Shown: in pieces, positions 39,315-50,944 of the stretch | How the letters are laid out: every line of letters begins with the position of its first letter | Numbering within the stretch: the stretch's first letter is position 1 | Assembly (NCBI RefSeq): GCF_964204865.1 | Contig: NC_135260.1 | Span: 8,184,001-8,248,000, forward strand | From: Styela clava | Taxonomy: Eukaryota | Direction of reading: 5' to 3' | Length of the DNA: 64,000 nucleotides | Made by a program: the position numbers and the translations under genes | The notes under the pieces: generated by a model | Database searches by the model: none | The model's input: only the letters and a program-made list of their open reading frames with translations | What the model was told of the DNA's origin: nothing

Positions 39315-42075
39315 ATGGAAGAGAATTTTGCTGAAATACGAGCCTTGTTACCCCCAGAATGCGTTCCCATTTGGGATAAAATGATGAGCATTGATATGTC
39401 AGAATTTTTTACTGTCAAGAAAAAGACTTTACCCATTGAAGACTGGAAAGGGCATAAAATGCAACCTTCATTCAAAGCTGAAACCGTCCGGTTTGCTTAT
39501 GAAGATTGGACGCCAAGAGAAGGCGACGTATTCGTTGTGGCCTATCCTAAAACAGGTATAAAATTTATAGTAGTCTTGTATTATTAAATATTTTTGGGAT
39601 ACCATAGATCTTGTGGGATGTAGGTCTTGTTTGCGAAAAAAGGTAACGACTAGTTTTAACATAAATCGTCTAAACTCTAATTAATATAAATTTTTATATT
39701 TATCCAACTATTAGTTGTTGCGCATCTTTTGCGTCGCAGACCATAGTCTAGGGACAAAACATATTGTTTGGATCGGACAGTCAAGATTAGATCTCCTGCC
39801 GTATTTGATAGTACATTAACATAGTTACCCAATTGATTATATATAAGCACGTCGGGGTTTGTATTAAAAAGGGGCGAGAGACAAGTCAGAACGTAATAGC
39901 GTATAATAAAATACTGTAGAACTGTGACGATCAAGTCGGCAATAAAATATCAATTGTGTGCTGGTGAAATCTGATATTATTGTATTCGATGTTGGTGGTT
40001 GGGGAAGACGGCGCTTAAAAATAGTCGTGTTGGTATGATCATGGTGGTGAGTTAGTTTTGAAAATGTTTTCTCGCATTTTTGCTTGGCCGAATTCTCTAT
40101 GGGTTTTTAAAATATCCGCATTGAAGCCAGTCATCTACCCATCTCTTATTACAGGACTAAATTGGACAAACGAAATTGTAAAACAATTGTTATACTTTGG
40201 ACAAGAACGAGACTACAGAATAATGTCAAGTCAGGCAATGGTCATGAGCCTTATTGAAGGAGGGTGGTGTAAGCTATGTTTTCATTTTTGAATCTCATTC
40301 GAGAACCATGATTACAATCTAATCATCTTTAATTACTATTCTCTAATAAATGACAAGGTTTTAGTTGAATATTTGATTCAATTTGCTATCTTTGTGATAA
40401 TCGACCAATGGCCGAACTAAAGTTGCCTACGGCTCTTTATCGTTTATAATTTTGTCTTTGCAGCTGAAAAATACAAAATATTTGATGCAATGCCATTAAA
40501 AAGAAGAATATTATGCACACATTTACCTGCACCAGTGATAAATGTCGACAAAATCAAGAAAGTCAACGCGAAGGTAAACATTTCAAAAAATGTATTTCAC
40601 CCATCTACTCAAATACGATATGTTATGTTTTAGTTTAAAGAGGCGTCCTTACACAGTATACTCTTTTATTCCACATTTTAGTAAAATCAGTTGTTATATA
40701 TATATATATTATTAGGGAGTGTTTCATATATTTTGGTTCTGAATTAAAAACACCCGTTTTGTGCCGAACTACTATATATATATACTATTTGTTTTTTATA
40801 TTTACCCTGGGCCTGGAAAATTTTTGTCAAGAAAGAGTTCTATTTATTATAAACCATTTCGCTGCTCTCCGAAAATTTCAAGTTTACTGTTTCTTCTTAG
40901 GTTGTCTACGTGTTGCGCAATCCCAAAGATCAAGCAGTGTCCTGGTTTAACTTCATTCCAAAGTTGCCGAATCTACAAATCGAACCGCTAGATAAATTAT
41001 TTGGATCAGACTGGGCTACTTTTCTGGACAGCTTTATTGCGGGTATATATTTAACATTTTTATCTTGCCATTTGAGTAGTATATGACTTTACTTTTTGTC
41101 GACGACTTTGTCAAGCATGTATGTATATATATGTGTGTGTGTGTTTGTGGGATTAGTGTGTGTGATTTCTTCAAAAATATATGCACGATCGTGTCATTCC
41201 TGTGTGCCTGAGATACACTTTTACCGGAATTCAGAGAACATTTTTTTTTTTATATTTAGGCAAAATGCCCATCGGTATGCGTGACGGGGAATGGTATTTG
41301 GACCATATTTTAGGATGGCTACAGCATAGAGACGATAAGAATGTGATGTTTTTCTATTACGAAGATATGAAACAGGTATGTACAAAATTGAGATCTCATA
41401 ACAACACATCTTCTGCCATTTTATCATTTATTGCTATATGTTTAAGTTTATATATATATATATATATATATCAAATGTTATAGAATCCGGTAAAAGAATT
41501 TAGCAGAATGGCGAAGTTTTTGGATTTAAATCTCACTGAAGAAAACATACGAGAAGTTGCCGAGAAAGTTGCCTTTTCGAGCATGAAAAAATCAGATCAA
41601 AAAAGCGGAAAAGAAAATGTTGATCAAAATTTGAGAAATCAACTTGGAATACTTAGAAAAGGTGAGGCGTAAATTCATAGCAGAGTCTGCTTTAATGTCA
41701 GCACACAGTTGTAGTTCCAAACAGTTGTTCTCGCCATTTTAAAAATCTTTTAAATCAACGCGTTTTCAATTTTTTTTTAATTGTTGAATTGTTAATTAAG
41801 AAGTTTATGAGCGTGAGAAATGTGTTATTCTCTTTTTCTTTTAAGTATTCGTTGACTTTGTTTTGACGAAATATTAGATATATATACCGAATTTTTGTGC
41901 AAGCTAAGTTCTAGAATAATTTAAAATATCGTATATATAATATAAAACGTTTTTTCTATCAGGTGAAGTTGGTGGTTGGAAAGACCATTTCACGGTTGCT
42001 CAATCTGAACAGATGGACAAAGAAGTGAAGAACAAACTTGGAAATACTGATATAAAATTCAAATACACTTTATAG
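39315..42075 (+). CDS. Cytosolic sulfotransferase (SULT family) copy 1, 7 exons
   Basis: Exons ~39315-39555, 40155-40268, 40464-40573, 40901-41042, 41260-41375, 41484-41661, 41963-42075. Motifs DVFVVAYPKTG, catalytic His in LCTHLP, YVLRNPKDQAVSWF, FFYYEDMKQ, RKGEVGGWKDHFTVAQSE. Confidence 0.93.
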
Positions 42076-42443
42076 TTAGATAGAAAAAAGTTGAAAATGA
42101 AGCACGTTTAAATACAAGTTATTAATATACCTAAATATATGAAATCATGTGTTTTCCTTCTATAGCTGGTTCGACAATATTATATGCTATATACGTTTGG
42201 AGAAGCAAGCAAATTCGGCATGTTTTAACACCGCTTTTGTACGCCCTCAATACTTTGTGAATGTCGAAATCATAGCAGTTAACAAATAAAAGTGTGATTT
42301 TTCAACTTTGGCATAAACTCTTGATCACAGCGCAGTATATGGGTTCGAGGTCAGATGTGACTGCGTTGAATGCTTAAAACCAGGCAACGCAAAGGCGTGG
42401 GAAAAATTGAAGAAATGTCTGTCCCATGACTGTTTATTTAAAC

Positions 42444-42934
42444 CAGGGGTGGGCATCATACGGCCTGCGGTCCAGGTCCAGCCCGCGACGAGATTTTGAC
42501 TAGCCCGCTGACTGTATCCAATCACACTCTGTAATGTGGTCCGACGCATCATTCCTGAAAGTTGCCGATCGCTCTACTCCCACCGCACTGTCAGTGCGAG
42601 CTGGTGAAACAAACAATTGCTTTAGTGAACAAACAATTGCGTTAGCACACTTGTTAAACAATATAAGGTCAAAGCAGGGAGCGCTGTAAACATTCCCTAG
42701 CACTGTTATCAGTTATATTTAAATTCTAATATAAATAGATTTTAGAAATTAGATTTTATAGATATATATTAGGTTTTATTGACCATGGAATATCCCAAGA
42801 AACGTACAGTTGACAGAGAGTGTCGAGCATTTAATAAAGATTGGATACCGAAGTATTTTTTGTAAGAATCCGACCAATCGAGGACTTCATTTTCCCACAT
42901 CTGGCCCGCCGACTAGAAAAGTTGCCCACACCTG
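42444..42934 (+). mobile_element. Internally deleted hAT (Charlie/SPIN-type) element
   Basis: TIRs caggggtgggca / tgcccacacctg; perfect 8-bp TSD atttaaac; retains the start of a transposase MEYPKKRTVDRECRAFNKDWIPKYF (~42786-42860), similar to SPIN/GTF2IRD2-type N-termini. Confidence 0.9.
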
Positions 42935-44930
42935 ATTTAAACCTTTGGATAGTTGGATAGATATTGCTAGTCTTATAGTTTTGCATTTTATATATAGCAT
43001 TGTTATATATGTAAACAATTTGAATAAAATATAAGCTTTTGAAGCGTTCAAAACAGACCTGCTAATTGACCTGAATTTTTTCAGTTGGGTTTGAGTTCGA
43101 ATGGAAAGTATGTCACGACTCACGAATCTGATTTAATCTGGAGAAATGTTTGCTCGCCAATACACAGGACAACCTTTGAGATTCAGTAAACTAGATTTGT
43201 TTTATTGTACAAAGCAACCTACCAAATAGTAAAAATGTAACGTCATCTCTACTATCATACAACACACAAAGCCAAATTATAATTCGCAATAAGGTGTTGT
43301 TATTAAAGTAAATGGGGACCAGGTGCAAGATGTAAATTTTATCGTATTGTGATCTTATTGAGAGTACCCTGCGCATATGATGGCCCTTCACCGTAATCTC
43401 CAGATAGCGATGTTGGTTGGTTAATTCGTTAATGCCATGCTCACCGATAACAACTGTTACGCGAATATAAAATCCCCGATTTTGTTAACACAGAAACTTT
43501 ATCCTAGTTTATCCATACTCCCTTTGTAAACGCTCGTCAGTCAGTGAAGATAATATTATGATTTATTTTTACCCCAGCAGGAAGGATAGTTTATAGAACA
43601 TCTTCATTTGGGATATGTTACAATTATCTGACGAATATATAGCTGAACCCAAAATTATCTTGTAGAAAACGAGACAACCTTCCAACAGTTAACTCTTTCA
43701 CATTTACATTCACGTAGCCTACAATAACCGTCAATCTTATACATAATACAAAATAGTGAATATTGGGGGGCTAACTATAATGACCTCGTGGTCGTATAGC
43801 TCTTTTGTTTGACTTCTGACATGTATGAACCGAATGATAATAATAAGTATAATTATACAAGTTGATACAGAAATGTCTGAATGTCCTAATAAATTGTAGT
43901 GTGATGAATATTGTAAATCTGTCCATGGTATTACATACGGCCACAATAATTTTGCCCTGCCTTACACCGTTACACGAACCTATGAACAAGTACTAAATGG
44001 TGCTTATAGCGCCTATCCATATGTCGTCGACCACCGCGAGGTCTTTTATATAAAAGGCAAGTGAATGGGGCTTCTAAATCAAATTATATTTCTCCACGGC
44101 CTGAACTAGTTAACACCAAGTGCGATTCAGAATGTTGCAGAAGTTTGACGGAAGACTCATTTTTGGCGCATGTTCCGATGTTCGGTAAACGACGTAAGTA
44201 CTTTTATTTGGCGTGGTACAACGATTTTGCATGTGTTATTCCTAACCCCCACCTTGCTCTGTCACTCGAAGATTACGTCACTACAACCTCACAATCACGT
44301 CAAAGAGCTTGCCAGAGTATAACTACAATCGCCCGAAATGGCATCTTCGGCGGCGATATCGAACTCACTTATTAACGCCAGGTATCGGGATCGTTACGAC
44401 GAGAGAAATAGCTTGCTCGATTTCGGGTGATCGCATGCGCGTCTTGAATGACAGTTGGTATAGTTTGGAGGACCTTAAGGTTACTGTAGCGTCGTAGTGA
44501 CGTAATTTTCGAATGACTTAGTCAGATGGGAGTTAAAAATATCATATGTAATATTGTATTTTTTTTTTGGCCCCATTTTTTTTTTATTAATAATGATAGA
44601 AATGCAGCGGTAGAACTCATGCCATAGTACTAGACTAGCTGTAGCTTTGAGGTGGATGCCAGGTAATAGCGTAGTAGACGTCATGTCATATGACGTCACC
44701 ATTCTGAGCCCAAACAAAGTAAATAGACTTCTCGACGAGGACTTTCACAAATATATCGCAACATACCCTCTCAAGCCTTGGGCGTTAGATATATACCAAT
44801 TACTTACAGTGCGCATGTCGCGAAATAGCTATAGGTTAACCATGCCTTGTTTGGAAGATAAACAGCCAACAAATTGTTGCACAAACAGCCGTCAGGCTGT
44901 TGCAATAACTAAGCGCTGCTTGTTGTGGTC

Positions 44931-45117
44931 GGTGACCGTACATTTGAACCCATGTACATTTGAACCCATGCGTATATCCACGGGTTCAATCTATATGCGG
45001 GTGCTAAAACCCATGGGTTAGGGTTAGTATGGGTTTAACTATCCGTGAAACAAAAAAAATTCCATAGGTGCAATAGCATACAGGTGCAATTGTCATGGGT
45101 TCAAATGTAATGGAACC
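44931..45117. mobile_element. Mutator-like (MULE) MITE, present only in duplication copy 2
   Basis: GG..CC termini with TIR core tacatttgaacccatg / catgggttcaaatgta; 9-bp TSD gttgtggtc; copy 1 has the empty site with a single gttgtggtc (~38689); internal gggttagggttag. Confidence 0.85.
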
Positions 45118-45203
45118 GTTGTGGTCATATCGAGTTTCCGTTTTAGACGCCGCAGTACTACATGCCTAATATGGCAAACTATACCTATACGTCATGCGAC
45201 GCA

Positions 45204-45472
45204 ATCAATCAATCAATCAATCGTTTATTTTGTCATCACAAAAAAACACGTTCAAACATAAAGTGACACAATGAATAAATTACAGTACTAATCATGTTTT
45301 TGCGTGACTGGAGTCGCGAGGCACCTAAGAAGGTCTTCAAGCAGCGACACCTACAGCGCTACAGGTTAGAATAAATATAATTAAATAAGGGATAAAATGA
45401 ATAAATCCTAGGAATAAGTCACATAAGTTACAGCGACATTCGAAATGTATGCGATTATGACACAGTAAAACA
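45204..45472 (-). mobile_element. 5'-truncated LINE/SINE 3' end (L2/CR1-like tail), present only in duplication copy 2
   Basis: The minus strand ends aataaac(gatt)n; absent from copy 1 (cgacgcagcattttt at ~38768); only gca repeated at the flanks. Confidence 0.7.
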
Positions 45473-46015
45473 GCAGCATTTTTGAGCGGCAGACAAGCAG
45501 CATAAAAACAAGCTGTCGTTATGGCAGCGTACTATGCTATTCGAGCACGTCGGTGATAGTCGCTACTGCAAAAATTTTGCCTCGACGATTCAGCATATCC
45601 GTGTAAGATTGGGATTCATGAGTAGAACGCCACAAACCGGCAAATATTGTCTGTTTATTTACTTTGGTGCTACTACGAGATACGTGTAGTACTAGTCACC
45701 TACATATAGGCACGTATATATATGAATTAGCTTAGTATTGAGAAAATGATTATTTCTGCCGAGTTTTGTAGTACTTTCTGACGTGTTGTGATGTATACTA
45801 CGTCGTCCACGAAGGAATTGAGCTGCTGCGTTTTGTGTAGTTATTATACAAAACAAATATACATTGGAAGAACAAATTGCAAATTAATTAAGATTAGATC
45901 AAATAAGTCATGTCCTCCCACACTAATTTGTATTTATTTTTTACTTTATGTCGTATCAGTGCGTTACAATAAGAAACGTTTTAGTTAAAATCGATAAAAC
46001 GCAGAAACAGCCCAA

Positions 46016-48578
46016 ATGGAAGAGAATTTTGCTGAAATACGAGCCTTGTTACCCCCAGAATGCGTTCCCATTTGGGATAAAATGATGAGCATTGATATGT
46101 CAGAATTTTTTACTGTCAAGAAAAAGACTTTACCCATTGAAGACTGGAAAGGGCATAAAATGCAACCTTCATTCAAAGCTGAAACCGTCCGGTTTGCTTA
46201 TGAAGATTGGACGCCAAGAGAAGGCGACGTATTCGTTGTGGCCTATCCTAAAACAGGTATAAAATTTATAGTAGTCTTGTATTATTAAATATTTTTGGGA
46301 TACCATAGATCTTGTGGGATGTAGGTCTTGTTTGCGAAAAAAGGTAACGACTAGTTTTAACATTAATCGTCTAAACTCTAATTAATATAAATTTTTATAT
46401 TTATCCAACTATTAGTTGTTGCGCATCTTTTGCGTCGCAGACCATAGTCTAGGGACAAAACATATTGTTTGGATCGGACAGTCAAGATTAGATCTCCTGC
46501 CGTATTTGATAGTACATTAACATAGTTACCCAATTGATTATATATAAGCACGTCGGGGTTTGTATTAAAAAGGGGCGAGAGACAAGTTGCTTGGCCGAAT
46601 TCTCTATGGGTTTTTAAAATATCCACATTGAAGCCAGTCATCTACCCATCTCTTATTACAGGACTAAATTGGACAAACGAAATTGTAAAACAATTGTTAT
46701 ACTTTGGACAAGAACGAGACTACAGAATAATGTCAAGTCAGCCAATGGTCATGAGCCTTATTGAAGGAGGGTGGTGTAAGCTATGTTTTCATTTTTGAAT
46801 CTCATTCGAGAACCATGATTACAATCTAATCATCTTTAATTACTATTCTCTAATAAATGACAAGGTTTTAGTTGAATATTTGATTCAATTTGCTATCTTT
46901 GTGATAATCGACCAATGGCCGAACTAAAGTTGCCTACGGCTCTTTATCGTTTATAATTTTGTCTTTGCAGCTGAAAAATACAAAATATTTGATGCAATGC
47001 CATTAAAAAAAAGAATATTATGCACACATTTACCTGCACCAGTGATAAATGTCGACAAAATCAAGAAAGTCAACGCGAAGGTAAACATTTCAAAAAATGT
47101 ATTTCACCCATCTACTCAAATACGATATGTTATGTTTTAGTTTAAAGAGGCGTCCTTACACAGTATACTCTTTTATTCCACATTTTAGTAAAATCAGTTG
47201 TTATATATATATATATATTATTAGGGAGTGTTTCATATATTTTGGTTCTGAATTAAAAACACCCGTTTTGTGCCGAACTACTATATATATATACTATTTG
47301 TTTTTTATATTTACCCTGGGCCTGGAAAATTTTTGTCAAGAAAGAGTTCCATCTATTATAAACCATTTCGCTGCTCTCCGAAAATTTCAAGTTTACTGTT
47401 TCTTCTTAGGTTGTCTACGTGTTGCGCAATCCCAAAGATCAAGCAGTGTCCTGGTTTAACTTCATTCCAAAGTTGCCGAATCTACAAATCGAACCGCTAG
47501 ATAAATTATTTGGATCAGACTGGGCTACTTTTCTGGACAGCTTTATTGCGGGTATATATTTAACATTTTTATCTTTCCATTTGAGTAGTATATGACTTTA
47601 CTTTTTATCGGCGACTTTGTCAAGCATGTATGTATATATATGTGTGTGTGTGTTTGTGGGATTAGTGTGTGTGATTTCTTCAAAAAATATATGCACGATC
47701 GTGTCATTCCTGTGTGCCTGAGATACACTTTTACCGGAATTCAGAGAACATTTTTTTTTTATATTTAGGCAAAATGCCCATCGGTATGCGTGACGGGGAA
47801 TGGTATTTGGACCATATTTTAGGATGGCTACAGCATAGAGACGATAAGAATGTGATGTTTTTCTATTACGAAGATATGAAACAGGTATGTACAAAAATGA
47901 TATCTCATAACAACACACCTTCTGCCATTTTATCATTTATTGCTATATGTTTAAGTTTATATATATATATATATCAAATGTAATAGAATCCGGTAAAAGA
48001 ATTTAGCAGAATGGCGAAGTTTTTGGATTTAAATCTCACTGAAGAAAACATACGAGAAATTGCCGAGAAAGTTGCCTTTTCGAGCATGAAAAAATCAGAT
48101 CAAAAAAGCGGAAAAGAAAATGTTGATCAAAATTTGAGAAATCAACTTGGAATACTTAGAAAAGGTGAGGCGTAAATTCATAGCAGAGTCTGCTTTAATG
48201 CCAGCACACAGTTGTAGTTCCAAACAGTTGTTCTCGCCATTTTAAAAATCTTTTAAATCAACGCGTTTTCAATTTTTTTTTAATTGTTGAATTGTTAATT
48301 AAGAAGTTTATGAGCGTGAGAAATGTGTTATTCTCTTTTTCTTTTAAGTATTCGTTGACTTTGTTTTGACGAAATATTAGATATATATACCAAATTTTTG
48401 TGCAAGCTAAGTTCTAGAATAATTTAAAATATCGTATATATAATATAAAACGTTTTTTCTATCAGGTGAAGTTGGTGGTTGGAAAGACCATTTCACGGTT
48501 GCTCAATCTGAACAGATGGACAAAGAAGTGAAGAACAAACTTGGAAATACTGATATAAAATTCAAATACACTTTATAG
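46016..48578 (+). CDS. Cytosolic sulfotransferase (SULT family) copy 2, 7 exons
   Basis: Near-identical to copy 1 with intact splice sites and frame; stop TAG at 48576-48578. Confidence 0.93.
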
Positions 48579-48946
48579 TTAGATAGAAAAAAGTTGAAAA
48601 TGAAGCACGTTTAAATACAAGTTATTAATATACCTAAATATATGAAATCATGTGTTTTCCTTCTATAGCTGGTTCGACAATATTATATGCTATATACGTT
48701 TGGAGAAGCAAGCAAATTCGGCATGTTTTAACACCGCTTTTGTACGCCCTCAATACTTTGTGAATGTCAAAATCATAGCAGTTAACAAATAAAAGTGTGA
48801 TTTTTCAACTTTGGCATAAACTCTTGATCACAGCGCAGTATATGGGTTCGAGGTCAGATGTGACTGCGTTGAATGCTTAAAACCAGGCAACGCAAAGGCG
48901 TGGGAAAAATTGAAGAAATGTCTGTCCCATGACTGTTTATTTAAAC

Positions 48947-49442
48947 CAGGGGTGGGCATCATACGGCCCGCGGTCCAGGTCCAGCCCGCGACGAGATTTT
49001 GACTAGCCCGCTGACTGTATCCAACCACACTATGTAATGTGATCCGACGCATCATTCCTGAAAGTTGCCGATCGCTCTACTCCCACCGCACTGTCAGTGC
49101 GAGCTGGTGAAACAAACAATTGCTTTAGTGAACAAACAATTGCGTTAGCACACTTGTTAAACAAACAATATAAGGTCAAAGCAGGGAGCGTTGTAAACAT
49201 TCCCTAGCACTGTTATCAGTCATATTTAAATTCTAAATATAAATAGATTTTAGAAATTAGATTTTATAGATATATATTAGGTTTTATTGACCATGGAATA
49301 TCCCAAGAAACGTACAGTTGACAGAGAGTGTCGAGCATTTAATAAAGATTGGATACCGAAGTATTTTTTGTAAGAATCCGACCAATCGAGGACTTCATTT
49401 TCCCACATCTGGCCCGCCGACTAGAAAAGTTGCCCACACCGG
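48947..49442 (+). mobile_element. Duplicated copy of the 42444-42934 hAT element
   Basis: Same TIRs and TSD atttaaac; the right end is mutated to ccgg. Confidence 0.9.
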
Positions 49443-50944
49443 ATTTAAACCTTTGGATAGTTGGATAGATATTGCTAGTCTTATAGTTTTGCATTTTATA
49501 TATAGCATTGTTATATATGTAAACAATTTGAATAAAATATAAGCTTTTGAAGCGTTCAAAACAGACCTGCTAAGTGCTAATTGACCTGAATTTTTTCAGT
49601 TGGGTTTGAGTTCGAATGGAAAGTATGTCACGACTCACGAATCTGATTTAATCTGGTGAAATGTTTGCTCGCCAATACACAGGACAACCTTTGAGATTCA
49701 GTAAACTAGATTTGTTTTATTGTACAAAGCAACCTACCAAATAGTAAAAATGTAACGTCATCTCTACTATCATACAACACACAAAGCCAAATTATAATTT
49801 GCAATAAGGTGTTGTTATTAAAGTTAATGGGGACCAGGTGCAAGATGTAAATTTTATCGTATTGTGATCTTATTGAGAGTACCCTGCGCATATGATGGCC
49901 CTTCACCGTAATCTCCAGATAGCGATGTTGGTTGGTTAATTCGTTAAAGCCATGGTCACCGACAACAACTGTTACGCGAAATTAAAATCCCCGATTTTGG
50001 TAACACAGAAACTTAATATTATTAAGTTACAGAAAGATAATATTATTCATATTTTCCCCAGTAGAAAGGACAGTTTATAAGACATTTTCTTTCACATTTA
50101 CATTCACGTACAATAACGGTCAATCTTATACATAATACAATATATTGAATATTGGGAATACGATACAATATAAGGAATACAATATAATGACCTCGTGGTC
50201 GTATCGCCCCCCGAGGTCTGTACCAAAAACTTCTTAGTATTTTTTATTGTTGCAATGTTCGTTTTCTGGTTGATGAACAATAAATTTTCTCTCTTTCTCT
50301 TAATCATGTGATTGGCGGTGGTTTCTCGCTCGTGAAAAGAGGGATACGATAAACATTTAAATAGATGAGAGCAACTAGAGCCCCTCGGTCGCTTACCAGA
50401 AAAAAATAAGTCCAAATGTTGCATCACCATTAAATTCTTACTGGTTAGGCACTGATGGACATGAAAATGCCCAAATACTACACGCGGATATCTATTTTTG
50501 GATAAATAACTTATGTCTCCGATGTAGTTGTGCTGGTATCCGACTGTTTTTTTTTCAGCTTTTCACTTCTCTCATTTTGGTTCGCGTATACAATATTGTT
50601 CAATTCGATATATTTGTAACCATGCGATACTTGAATAGTTAAAATAATATTTAGTCCGTGTTTTTTTCCTGGTTTTATTTTGGTCGAAGTATTTTAGTCT
50701 CCGGTGCTAAAATTGATAAAGCTGGTTGTAATGTGACTCCGTACACTAATTTGCTCCAGTGGTTAACGCGAAAATAAGCTTACGTTCGTTTTTCTTGATC
50801 GGTTTATCTTTACGTCTCACAGTCTTTAAGATCCGAATAGTCTATTTGCATTCTGCCTGGTACCGGTACCGGTATTACTTTTTGGTTTGGAGGTATAACA
50901 ATTGAAGTCGCGATCTAAGATAGGGAAACACTTGAATATCAAGA

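Larger units (their letters stand above)
37692..50204 (+). repeat. Recent tandem segmental duplication of about 6.2 kb (copy 1 37692-43913; copy 2 from 43909)
   Basis: Near-identical sequence starts tattgtaaatctgtccatggtattac at both 37692 and 43909 and continues through both sulfotransferase genes and the downstream hAT element. Confidence 0.97.

Noticed and set aside
37692-50204. The duplication as a pure haplotype-assembly artefact
   Set aside because: A unique microhomology junction containing RBM22 intron sequence and copy-specific insertions favour a real duplication; not fully excluded without reads.
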